Virus record (IMG/VR): IMGVR_UViG_3300032219_003129
Span: 1 to 43,616 of that record
DNA from: a virus
Lineage: Duplodnaviria > Caudoviricetes
Reading direction: 5' to 3' (one strand)
DNA length: 43,616 bases
Shown here piece by piece: positions 21,290-29,827 of this stretch (position 1 is the stretch's first letter; each line of letters begins with the position of its first letter). The position numbers were made by a program, and so were the translations under genes. The notes beneath the pieces were generated by a model. It was not told where the DNA came from, made no database searches, and worked only from the letters and a program-made list of their open reading frames with translations.

Positions 21290-22465
21290 ATGAATAATTT
21301 TTATTTACCATTAATGAGTGATAATATTGATAAAGAAGATATTAAATCATTAATCGATTTTTTAGATCAAGAACAAATCCCTAAATTAACAAATGGTCCT
21401 AAGGTAGCTGAATTTGAAAACAAATGGGGTGAATGGTTAGGTACTAAATACAATTTAATGGTTAATTCAGGTGCCTCAGCTAATGAATTAACTATGTTAG
21501 CTTTAAATTATATCCATGGTCAGGGAGAAATCATTACCCCACCACTAACCTGGATTTCAGATGTATCATCAGTTATATTTAGTGGATTCAAACCAGTATT
21601 TGTAGATATTAATTTAAAAAATTTATCATTCGATATTGATAAATTAAAAGAAGCAATTACTCCTGATACCAAAGCTATTTTCCTAACACATGTTTTAGGT
21701 ATTAATGGATTAACAGATGAACTTCTTCAATTATGCGAAGAAAAAGGTATTTTATTAATTGAAGATGTTTGTGAATCTCATGGTACAACATTTAAAGATA
21801 AAAAAGTAGGTACTTATGGATTCGCAAGTAATTTTAGTTTTTACTTTGCTCACCATATGTCTACTATTGAAGGCGGGATGATTTGTACAAATGATGAATA
21901 TTTTTATCAAATTTGTAGAGCATTACGTTCCCATGGAATGACCAGAGAAATGACTAACGAAACCCTCAGACAACAAATTATTGATGAAAATCCGGATTTA
22001 AATAAAGATTTTATTTTCCTTAACCCAGCTCATAATTTTAGAAGTACTGAACTTAATGCTGTAATTGGTTTATCCCAAATTAAAAAATTAGATTCAAATA
22101 ATTTAAATCGAGTTAATAATTTTCAATACTTTATAGAACGTTTAGATTCAAATAAATATATTACTGATTTAGAAGTTGAGGGACAATGTAATTATGCATT
22201 TATTATTATTTTAAAGGAACCTTCATTTGAAATGAGAGATAAACTTGAATCTACTTTATCTCAAAATGGAATTGAATTTAGAAGAGGACTTTCAGGTGGT
22301 GGTAATCAATTAAGACAACCTTATTTTAAAAAACACTATAACATTAACCATGACGATTTTAAAAATGTAGATCATGTACATCACTTTGGTTGGTATGTAG
22401 GTAATTATCCAAGTTTAGAAACTGAGAAAATTGATACTCTACTTAAAATCTTAAATAATATTTAA
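21290..22465 (+). CDS. DegT/DnrJ-family PLP enzyme, ColD/E1-type sugar 3-dehydratase
   Basis: 'VNSGASAN' and 'IEDVCESHG'; 'SFYFAHHMSTIEGG' has His in place of the Schiff-base Lys; 'RSHGMTR' lacks the E1 Cys cluster. Confidence 0.82.
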   Translation: MNNFYLPLMSDNIDKEDIKSLIDFLDQEQIPKLTNGPKVAEFENKWGEWLGTKYNLMVNSGASANELTMLALNYIHGQGEIITPPLTWISDVSSVIFSGFKPVFVDINLKNLSFDIDKLKEAITPDTKAIFLTHVLGINGLTDELLQLCEEKGILLIEDVCESHGTTFKDKKVGTYGFASNFSFYFAHHMSTIEGGMICTNDEYFYQICRALRSHGMTREMTNETLRQQIIDENPDLNKDFIFLNPAHNFRSTELNAVIGLSQIKKLDSNNLNRVNNFQYFIERLDSNKYITDLEVEGQCNYAFIIILKEPSFEMRDKLESTLSQNGIEFRRGLSGGGNQLRQPYFKKHYNINHDDFKNVDHVHHFGWYVGNYPSLETEKIDTLLKILNNI

Positions 22466-23010
22466 TGAAAAGAGTTTATATAGTTGCTTCTCCCTTAGAA
22501 GTCAACCATGAAACAGAAATTAATGGGGATCCAATAATTTTTAGCGGATTAGGAAAAATAAATGCTGCTATGACAGCAACCCAAATATGTTTAACTCAAC
22601 CCGATGAAATTATTAATATAGGTTCATGTGGCTCATTAAATATTCCATTTGGTCAGATTGTTAAAGTAGGTAAAGCATATCAAGATATAGATGGAACTCC
22701 TTTATGTGAATATGGAACAACTCCTTTTGAAAATGATTCTTCTATATTAATAACTCCTAATTCAGAAATAACTTGCTTCACTACAGATTATTTTGTAGAT
22801 ATGTCTCAAAAAGAGAAATATTCTCCAAATTACTTGGATATGGTTCAAAAAGTAAGTATATTTGATATGGAATGTTTTGCCTTAGCAAAAGTTTGTTCTA
22901 AATTTAATATTCCCTTTACTTCTATTAAATGGATATCGGATAGTGGAGATGGAAATAATTGGGAAACCGATTGTAAAATTAGTTTTGAAAAAGTTAAAAA
23001 AATATTATGA
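22465..23010 (+). CDS. MTA/SAH nucleosidase-like protein
   Basis: 'SGLGKINAA', 'INIGSCG', 'DMECFALA' and 'KWISD'. Confidence 0.85.
   Translation: MKRVYIVASPLEVNHETEINGDPIIFSGLGKINAAMTATQICLTQPDEIINIGSCGSLNIPFGQIVKVGKAYQDIDGTPLCEYGTTPFENDSSILITPNSEITCFTTDYFVDMSQKEKYSPNYLDMVQKVSIFDMECFALAKVCSKFNIPFTSIKWISDSGDGNNWETDCKISFEKVKKIL
22834..22864 (+). promoter_or_regulatory. Possible internal class I promoter
   Basis: TTGG-N16-AAGTATATTTG inside the nucleosidase gene; exact spacing and a canonical TAnnTTTG. Confidence 0.4.
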
Positions 23011-23780
23011 TTAAAAGTGAATTCGAAAAATTAAATATATTAGTAATAGGAGACACAGGAGAGGATATATTTCAATATGGTATTGTTACTAGATTATGTC
23101 CTGAAGCACCTGTTCCCATATTCAATCCCACTACCCAAACATCAAACCCGGGAATGTCCGGAAATGTGGTTGCAAATTTAAAAGCATTAGGGACTAATGT
23201 TTATCATATAACAAATTTGACTCATATTACTAAAACTAGATTAGTTGATGAACGAACTAATCAGATGATTACTAGAATAGATGCTAATGATAAAGCAGAC
23301 CGAATCTCTCAGGAATTATTACATAGTATAAAAAATAATATGTACAATGAAATATCAATTGATGCTATTATTATTAGTGATTATGATAAAGGATTTCTAG
23401 ATGAAAGTGATATTGAATGGATTTGTTCTAATAATAAAAATACTTTTATTGACACTAAAAAAATTATTGATGAATGGTGTTTAAATGCTAGTTTTATTAA
23501 AATTAATCACGTTGAATATGCTAAAACAGAATATACTCTTAAAACCCTAAATTTAGATTCTAAATTAATTATTACTCTTTCGGATAAAGGGTGTAAATAT
23601 CAAGATAAAATATTTCCTGTTAAAAAAGTTAATATTAAAGATGTATCTGGGGCAGGTGATACATTTATTTCAGGATTAGTAGTAGAATGGTTATCAACTA
23701 AAGATATTTCTAAGGCTATTCAATTTGCCCAAAAATGTGCCACTATAGTAGTTCAAAAACAAGGAGTAGTAACAGTTTAA
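23007..23780 (+). CDS. HldA/RfaE-like sugar-phosphate kinase (PfkB family)
   Basis: 'RLCPEAPVP', 'TKTR', 'ISDYDKG' and 'DVSGAGDTF'. Confidence 0.88.
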   Translation: MIKSEFEKLNILVIGDTGEDIFQYGIVTRLCPEAPVPIFNPTTQTSNPGMSGNVVANLKALGTNVYHITNLTHITKTRLVDERTNQMITRIDANDKADRISQELLHSIKNNMYNEISIDAIIISDYDKGFLDESDIEWICSNNKNTFIDTKKIIDEWCLNASFIKINHVEYAKTEYTLKTLNLDSKLIITLSDKGCKYQDKIFPVKKVNIKDVSGAGDTFISGLVVEWLSTKDISKAIQFAQKCATIVVQKQGVVTV

Positions 23781-23789
23781 TTAGTTATA

Positions 23790-25466
23790 ATGAATACACA
23801 TAATATAAAATCGGTAGGTGAAGTATCATTCCATGAGCCATTTAATAAAGAAACATTTGAATTTAGACATGAAAAATTTTCAGAATTAATTTCTGAGGAT
23901 TCTATAGTTTTAGACATTGGAGCCCATGTTGGGGGATTTAGTATAGTATTTGGAAGTTGTGTTCCTAAAGGAAAAGTATTAGCTTTTGAACCAAATCCAA
24001 AAACATTCTCAGTATTAAAAGAAAACTCTGAAAGAAATCCTAATTTAAATATTGTTCCTCTTAATTATGCTGCCACCCAGGAAACTAAACCATATACATT
24101 TTACTATTCCGACCCAGAAATTTATGGAAATGGAATGAATGGTGGGAATTTTGATGGAATTGATAGGAAAGAAGAAGTTAAAAATTTTCATACAACCCCA
24201 GTTGAAGTTAAGGGAGTAAATGTTTATGAGTATCTTTTAAATAATCATAAAGATGAATTAGATAAAATCAAATTTATAAAAACGGATACTGAGGGGTATG
24301 ATAAAGAGGTATTAAAAACATTATCCCCCCTTATAAAGCAAAATAAACCAGTTTTAATGGTAGAAGCATTTATGGCTTTATCTAAAGAAGAAATTAAAGA
24401 TTATTATAATGTTTTAAAATCTTTTGATTATGAAATTTATGATGTTTCGCCTTTAGATAATAAAACTGATTGTACTGGGCCTTTAACATTAGAAGAATTT
24501 GAATATTATATTTACAATATAGTAGATAATGGTAATTTTTTCTGTTTTCATAAAGATGAAATCTACAAATATAACCTCCCCTCAGTTGTACCCGGGAAAA
24601 CAGCAGTAGTAGTTTTTGGAAGAAATGATGGGTATAAAGAAAAAGAAAGATTTGCTATACATTTAACTACTATGTTGGAAACTTTTGATGAAGTTATATA
24701 TGTTGATTGGAATTCTCCAACACATAGTTTTCTTTATGAAGTTTTAGATATGATCCCTCATACAGGCCGCTTAAAACATTTTGCTATCCCTCCAGAATAT
24801 GCTTCTATGATGACTATGGATGATGAAAAAGCTCAAGTCTGTAATACTGTTTTAGCTTTCAATTTAGGAATTAGAAGAACAGATGCTGAATGGATTGTGT
24901 TAGCTACTACTGATATTATTCCTCCTACAAAAGAAGTATTAAATAATTTCATCAGTAAATCTAGTAAAAACAATATGTATACTTTTAGTAGAAGAGATAT
25001 TGAGTATGATGATGTTATTAATAATTTAAATAATCTAAATACTTATAGAAAATACTTAGATAAAACCACAGAACCTAGATATTTTCCTACTAAAGTAACT
25101 CCTAACGATAATTATAGTATTTTTAATTGTTGTGGTGATTTTCAATTAGCAACTAAAAATTTATGGTTTAAAATTAGAGGTTATGAAGAACCTATGCTAT
25201 ATGCTTGTTTTGTTGATACAAATGCTCAGAAAAAATCAGTATTATATGGATTTGGATTAGTTCCTATATATGATATTCCTTTGTATCATATGTCTCATAA
25301 AGGAATGGGAAATGATGGTTCTTCACCTTCAAAACAACACTACAATGATTCTTGGAATTGGGTTGAAAATTTTAATAAGTATTATGAACACGACCATATA
25401 ATGTTTTCAAGGAATGCTGATACTTGGGGTTTTTCAAATGTTGAAATTGAATATGAATTAATATAG
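23790..25466 (+). CDS. FkbM-family methyltransferase fused to a GT-A-like glycosyltransferase domain
   Basis: N-terminal 'LDIGAHVG', 'AFEPNP' and 'IKTDTEGYD'; C-terminal 'GRNDGY', 'YVDWNS', 'NLGIRR', 'TTDII' and 'GDFQ'. Confidence 0.8.
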   Translation: MNTHNIKSVGEVSFHEPFNKETFEFRHEKFSELISEDSIVLDIGAHVGGFSIVFGSCVPKGKVLAFEPNPKTFSVLKENSERNPNLNIVPLNYAATQETKPYTFYYSDPEIYGNGMNGGNFDGIDRKEEVKNFHTTPVEVKGVNVYEYLLNNHKDELDKIKFIKTDTEGYDKEVLKTLSPLIKQNKPVLMVEAFMALSKEEIKDYYNVLKSFDYEIYDVSPLDNKTDCTGPLTLEEFEYYIYNIVDNGNFFCFHKDEIYKYNLPSVVPGKTAVVVFGRNDGYKEKERFAIHLTTMLETFDEVIYVDWNSPTHSFLYEVLDMIPHTGRLKHFAIPPEYASMMTMDDEKAQVCNTVLAFNLGIRRTDAEWIVLATTDIIPPTKEVLNNFISKSSKNNMYTFSRRDIEYDDVINNLNNLNTYRKYLDKTTEPRYFPTKVTPNDNYSIFNCCGDFQLATKNLWFKIRGYEEPMLYACFVDTNAQKKSVLYGFGLVPIYDIPLYHMSHKGMGNDGSSPSKQHYNDSWNWVENFNKYYEHDHIMFSRNADTWGFSNVEIEYELI

Positions 25467-25473
25467 ATAAATT

Positions 25474-25632
25474 ATGATAATTGGATATTACTCACGAAAT
25501 GATAAAAAACAGGAAATTATTACTAGGACAGTAGGATTTTCTCGTTTACAAGCTGCAAAGTACTTTGCATCAAGGAAACAATTAGACCTTAAAACATTCC
25601 TAACACTGTATGCAGTAAAATCTTTAGCATGA
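25474..25632 (+). CDS. Small hypothetical protein (52 aa, not in ORF track)
   Basis: MIIGYYSRNDKKQE...LYAVKSLA; ATGA overlap with the next gene. Confidence 0.6.
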   Translation: MIIGYYSRNDKKQEIITRTVGFSRLQAAKYFASRKQLDLKTFLTLYAVKSLA

Positions 25633-26000
25633 AATCCCCAGGAAAAAATATGAATATTAAACGTCGTAAAAAAAGTGATTTTGATGAAAAAGAGCTTTTT
25701 ATAGACATAATGACAACATTAGATGAATGTTGGATAAGAACAAATTATGTCACAAGTAAAATCAAATTAAATACAACTGAGTATGAAGAACCCTTCTATT
25801 TAATTGTTGAAAACTTGGTATTTCTTCATTATGGAGAAAAACTTGGAATGATTATATTGTGGTGGGTATTTGAAAGACTCGATGAAAAAGGTAAATTATT
25901 ACCTCTAGAATTTATCGAAGATGAAGATACATCTACTAAATTATACCTAAAAACCTCCGAAGACCTTTGGGATTTTGTAAATAAATTAATGAACAGATGA
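25629..26000 (+). CDS. Hypothetical protein
   Basis: 123 aa, coupled on both sides. Confidence 0.7.
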   Translation: MKSPGKNMNIKRRKKSDFDEKELFIDIMTTLDECWIRTNYVTSKIKLNTTEYEEPFYLIVENLVFLHYGEKLGMIILWWVFERLDEKGKLLPLEFIEDEDTSTKLYLKTSEDLWDFVNKLMNR

Positions 26001-26305
26001 TAGTTAGAAATTGTAAAGTTTGTAAACAGCAAATTAACCCTAAACGATTAGAAATCCTTCCAAACACCTATACCTGTGTTAACTGCTCAGATTCCTCCCG
26101 TAAAGGAGCAATTACAGTAATGAAAGGTGAAGGAGACCATACCTGGATTGAAACCATCCAAATAGACGACCCAGAAACATATAACCGCTATGCTGAGGCC
26201 GAAATCAAATTTAGAAAATCTATATCAAATTCCTCTAAAGCGGAATTGTTGGATGATGAAGATGATGAAGTTGGAAGTTTTAATGAAATTGACTTAGAAG
26301 ACTAA
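25997..26305 (+). CDS. DksA/TraR-type C4 zinc-finger protein
   Basis: 'CKVCKQQINPKRLEILPNTYTCVNC' matches CxxCxxxIxxxRLxxxPxxxxCxxC; acidic tail. Confidence 0.75.
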   Translation: MIVRNCKVCKQQINPKRLEILPNTYTCVNCSDSSRKGAITVMKGEGDHTWIETIQIDDPETYNRYAEAEIKFRKSISNSSKAELLDDEDDEVGSFNEIDLED

Positions 26306-26949
26306 TGCCTAAAGCTAAACCACTAGGAAAGGAATTAATTTTAGCTGCTATGGCTAAAACCCAATCAAATAAAGCAGCAGCACGTTATTTGAATTGTTCT
26401 TATATTCATTACAAAATGTGGGCTAAAAGGTATGAAGCAACTGAACCTGGTTATCCTAATTTATTTGAGCAACATAAAAACCAATGTGGTAAAGGCATTC
26501 CTAAATTCCTCAGTAATGGCAATCCAAGAAAAGACTTTGCATTACTTGATTTAATTGAAGGTAGAATTGATCCATCTTCATTTAATCCAAATAAAATCAA
26601 ATATAGATTATTACAAGAGGGTTATATGAAAGAGGAATGTTATTCCTGTGGGTTTCATGAACATCGTTTATTAGATTATAAAATGCCTCTTTTAATGCAT
26701 TTCAAAGATGGAAATAAACAACATTATCGTCTTGAAAATCTAGAAATGCTTTGTTATAATTGTTATTTCCTTTCAGTAGGTGATATATTTACCAATAAAC
26801 AATTAGAAGGTTTAGAAGAACATTTAATTAAAAATGAATCTAAAGTTGATTGGGAAGTAGATGATTACACCCAACAACGTTTAATAGAATTAGGTTTATA
26901 CGACCCTAAACCAGTTGATGATGGTAGTGAATTTATATCAAGACTATGA
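26305..26949 (+). CDS. HTH plus degenerate HNH zinc-binding protein
   Basis: 'SNKAAARYLNCSYIHYKMWA' HTH; 'CYSCG...LMHFKDGN...ENLEMLCYNCY'. Confidence 0.7.
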   Translation: MPKAKPLGKELILAAMAKTQSNKAAARYLNCSYIHYKMWAKRYEATEPGYPNLFEQHKNQCGKGIPKFLSNGNPRKDFALLDLIEGRIDPSSFNPNKIKYRLLQEGYMKEECYSCGFHEHRLLDYKMPLLMHFKDGNKQHYRLENLEMLCYNCYFLSVGDIFTNKQLEGLEEHLIKNESKVDWEVDDYTQQRLIELGLYDPKPVDDGSEFISRL

Positions 26950-27101
26950 AAAAGAAAAAACACGATAAACTAGTTAAGGATTACGATAAACAAAAAGAAC
27001 ATCATCTTGAAAAACTTGCCACAAAGATGTTGGAAAATGATGAAAAACTCATTAAATTAAAAGAAAAAAATATAAATACTGACTTTTTAAAATTGTTCTA
27101 A
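26946..27101 (+). CDS. Small hypothetical protein (51 aa)
   Basis: MKKKKHDKLV...DFLKLF, ATGA-coupled. Confidence 0.6.
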   Translation: MKKKKHDKLVKDYDKQKEHHLEKLATKMLENDEKLIKLKEKNINTDFLKLF

Positions 27102-27102
27102 A

Positions 27103-27453
27103 ATGGCCACTGACATTACTGTAGATAATGTAGAAGAATTTGCTAAAATGGTTGACAAACAAGATTTTAGATTGTCTAAAGCTATTGTTGATCAAATATT
27201 AAGTAATTTGACTACTAGTAAAAAACACATTCATGTTTTATCTATAAATTGTATTTCTGAAGATTCAATTTATGATATTACTGTAGATAGAAAACATTTC
27301 GCTGAAACCCTCGAAGAACACCTACCAGTTTATATTCGTGAAGAGTATTATGAAGATTGTCGTAAAATAGCAGATGCTATTCAACAATTAAAGCAAAAAA
27401 CCATTAGCGAAATTATTACAAAAGTTAGTAAATCCAAATCAGACGATAAATAA
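27103..27453 (+). CDS. Hypothetical protein with UVR-like helix
   Basis: 'EEYYEDCRKIADAI' resembles the UvrB/C motif. Confidence 0.6.
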   Translation: MATDITVDNVEEFAKMVDKQDFRLSKAIVDQILSNLTTSKKHIHVLSINCISEDSIYDITVDRKHFAETLEEHLPVYIREEYYEDCRKIADAIQQLKQKTISEIITKVSKSKSDDK

Positions 27454-27460
27454 AACCACC

Positions 27461-27490
27461 ATATTTATGAGAGTATTTTAACTCTATAAA
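27461..27490 (+). promoter_or_regulatory. Class II promoter core ATATTTAT with overlapping hairpin
   Basis: ATATTTAT at 27461-27468; TTTAT-g-AGAGT-atttta-ACTCT-ATAAA stem ends just before ATG 27492. Confidence 0.45.
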
Positions 27491-27491
27491 A

Positions 27492-27638
27492 ATGGCTGCA
27501 AAAACAAAAACACAATCAACATCTTCTTTTTTAAAAAAATCAAGAAAAAAACGTCCTGGGGTTCACGCTAAAACAAAAATATCAAAAGCAAAAAACGGTT
27601 CAAATTATAAAAAACTTTACGTAGGACAAGGTAATTAA
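27492..27638 (+). CDS. Very basic 48-aa protein ending Y-x-GQG
   Basis: MAAKTKTQSTSSFLKKSRKKRPGVHAKTKISKAKNGSNYKKLYVGQGN; no acidic residues. Confidence 0.7.
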   Translation: MAAKTKTQSTSSFLKKSRKKRPGVHAKTKISKAKNGSNYKKLYVGQGN

Positions 27639-27654
27639 TAAATAAACATAAGTT

Positions 27655-27786
27655 ATGAGTAAAACAAGCAATAAACAAAAAATCGAAACCCTTGAAATGT
27701 GGATTCGTTCAACCAAATTTTCCAAATCCTCTAAACCAGTTAAAAAAACAAACAACTGGAAGAAAACTTCAGGATACGAAGATTAA
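27655..27786 (+). CDS. Small basic protein (43 aa)
   Basis: AAGTTATG start; MSKTSNKQKIETLEMW...GYED. Confidence 0.55.
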   Translation: MSKTSNKQKIETLEMWIRSTKFSKSSKPVKKTNNWKKTSGYED

Positions 27787-27805
27787 AAGAAATCTGCATA
27801 AAAAC

Positions 27806-27836
27806 TTGGAGGGGCGAAAGCCCCTTCGTAGATTTA
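27806..27836 (+). promoter_or_regulatory. Class I promoter with GCGAAAGC hairpin spacer
   Basis: TTGG-AGGGGCGAAAGCCCCT-TCGTAGATTTA, followed by GGTAAGA and AAGGTTATG. Confidence 0.8.
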
Positions 27837-27856
27837 CAAGGTAAGAAATTAAGGTT

Positions 27857-28318
27857 ATGGCATTATTAGAAATTACAACACTTAACAAATACGGTAATCC
27901 TAGAAAACGTATTATGTTTAATCCAACAACCCAACTCACAGTTAAAAATCCATCAGTGTATGGAAAATTATTTGGAGTTCGTGTTTTTAAGTATGATTAT
28001 GAACATGCTTATATGGCTCCAGCAATATTTAACTGTCCAACAAACGGAAAAAAATATATTATTCCTGCTTGGATTGAAGTTCATCCTGAAACAACATTAG
28101 CTGATATCAATTGGATTAAACCTGAGATTAAAATTACTGAACCTAAAAAAACTGAATGGAGTTTCGAATCATCTTCAGGTAATGGGTTTTATACAGTTCG
28201 TTACAATTCATTAGGAGCATTAGCATGTAACTGTATGGGTTATTACAGATCAAAAGAACGTAAATGTAAACACGTAAAACAAGTAGAAAATGATCTTGGA
28301 AAAACAGAAAACAAATAA
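27857..28318 (+). CDS. SWIM zinc-finger protein
   Basis: 'YTV...CNCMG......CKH' CxC...CxH motif. Confidence 0.75.
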   Translation: MALLEITTLNKYGNPRKRIMFNPTTQLTVKNPSVYGKLFGVRVFKYDYEHAYMAPAIFNCPTNGKKYIIPAWIEVHPETTLADINWIKPEIKITEPKKTEWSFESSSGNGFYTVRYNSLGALACNCMGYYRSKERKCKHVKQVENDLGKTENK

Positions 28319-28505
28319 AATCACTATTGATTTAACTGGTCCTCAAGGTAATGCTTTTGTATTATTAGGAATTGCTCGAGATTTATGTCTCAAAACAAAA
28401 ACAGATTGGGATACAGTTCATGCAGAAATGACTAGTGGTGATTATGAAAATCTAGTTCAAACGTTAGATAAATATTTTGGTGAAATTATAATAATGTACA
28501 AATGA
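28290..28505 (+). CDS. Hypothetical phage protein
   Basis: 'IDLTGPQGNAF' and 'EMTSGDYE' pattern, recalled from small phage proteins. Confidence 0.7.
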   Translation: MILEKQKTNKITIDLTGPQGNAFVLLGIARDLCLKTKTDWDTVHAEMTSGDYENLVQTLDKYFGEIIIMYK

Positions 28506-28777
28506 AAAGAGGAAGACCAGTAAAAGAAGCAGTTGAAGCAAGACGTAAATTTACAAAAGAAGTAATTCATCCTGATGGAATGAAAACTGTATTTACCTAT
28601 GATTTAGATAAAAGTATTGCACCTATTGGGTTTGAATACACTTATCCTAAAGGTTATAGAACGTTTGATGAAATCAACGAAGAATTACCTATAACAAAAC
28701 GTAAATATTGGAATACCGCAAATGAAGACGGCGGTTACGTTTCTTACGGAAGAGCTAAACAATTAGGAATCATTTAA
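28502..28777 (+). CDS. Hypothetical protein with N-terminal AT-hook-like KRGRP
   Basis: 91 aa, begins MKRGRP. Confidence 0.65.
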   Translation: MKRGRPVKEAVEARRKFTKEVIHPDGMKTVFTYDLDKSIAPIGFEYTYPKGYRTFDEINEELPITKRKYWNTANEDGGYVSYGRAKQLGII

Positions 28778-28784
28778 TATTTAT
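28777..28784 (+). promoter_or_regulatory. Class II promoter core ATATTTAT heading the three-gene cargo cassette
   Basis: ATATTTAT 18 nt upstream of ATG 28803. Confidence 0.45.
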
Positions 28785-28802
28785 CAACATAAAACAAATA
28801 AA

Positions 28803-29183
28803 ATGGCCTTGAAATTCCCAGCTAATACCTCTAGAGTAGGTACAATTAAAGATTCTATCTACGGTATAAAAAATACTATTGATTATCTTGAACAAGAAGG
28901 AAAAATTGAATATAAATCATTAGGAGCATCTGCTGATGGAAAAGTCACTAATGAATACCGAATTTTCCCAACAGACGGAACACCTCCTTTTACAATATAT
29001 GATTATAAATTTGGATTTGATCCAAGTGATGAAGATCACTATGAAGAAGAATACAACTTTAGTATTGGAGGCATAGGCCCAGAATCAGAAGAATCAGCAA
29101 AACAACTTGGTTTTGAGGTAATATCTGATTTAGATGAAGAATTTGTTCGCCAAATGAAATACAAAGCAGGTATTATTAAATAA
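28803..29183 (+). CDS. Hypothetical (candidate virion-internal) protein with C-terminal LDE..RQMKYKAGIIK tail
   Basis: 126 aa, acidic body with a basic C-terminal helix after an L-x-E site. Confidence 0.7.
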   Translation: MALKFPANTSRVGTIKDSIYGIKNTIDYLEQEGKIEYKSLGASADGKVTNEYRIFPTDGTPPFTIYDYKFGFDPSDEDHYEEEYNFSIGGIGPESEESAKQLGFEVISDLDEEFVRQMKYKAGIIK

Positions 29184-29188
29184 ATAAA

Positions 29189-29827
29189 ATGAAAAAAGCA
29201 GATAATTTCAACCCAGGTAAATGGTTGGTAGAAAATAAAATCACTACTCAATCTCGCTTAAATGAAATGTCTATAGATGACGCATTTAAAGCTGAAGAAC
29301 TTGCTAATAAAGAAGTAAGTAATTATATCTCTAAGAATAATTTAGGTTCTGTAGAAGATATTCGAAGATTTATGAGTTCTTCACAGGGGGAAGGAAGAAA
29401 AATTACATCTAAGGTAACTTTATCAACCGGAGAAACACTTTATTTTGAAACTATATATGGTCCTGATTTAAATTTAATCAGTATCAAACAAGTAGGTAAT
29501 CCTTATGATGTAACTTCATCTGAAAAATATACCCCTGAGAAATTCACCAGTAAAATCCCAGGCATTAAGGTAAAGGTTAATTCAAGTGGAGAAGTTAATC
29601 TTTCAAGTAATAGTGGTGATTATGATGGATGGATTGAAGATGATGGTACCGTAAGTCTCTCAGTTGTGGATGATGATATGGGATATGAAGAATTCACTGA
29701 TGATAATTGGAGAGATATTTTAGGAGACAATCACGCATTTGTTAAAATAGCAAACGCTATTAATACTGATGTAGAAGCTATTGATGATTACGTACAAATT
29801 ACTTTCAAAGTAAACGATCTAAAATAA
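29189..29827 (+). CDS. Acidic protein with shared N-terminal leader (copy 1)
   Basis: Begins MKKADNFNPGKWLVENKITTQSRLNE. Confidence 0.8.
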   Translation: MKKADNFNPGKWLVENKITTQSRLNEMSIDDAFKAEELANKEVSNYISKNNLGSVEDIRRFMSSSQGEGRKITSKVTLSTGETLYFETIYGPDLNLISIKQVGNPYDVTSSEKYTPEKFTSKIPGIKVKVNSSGEVNLSSNSGDYDGWIEDDGTVSLSVVDDDMGYEEFTDDNWRDILGDNHAFVKIANAINTDVEAIDDYVQITFKVNDLK

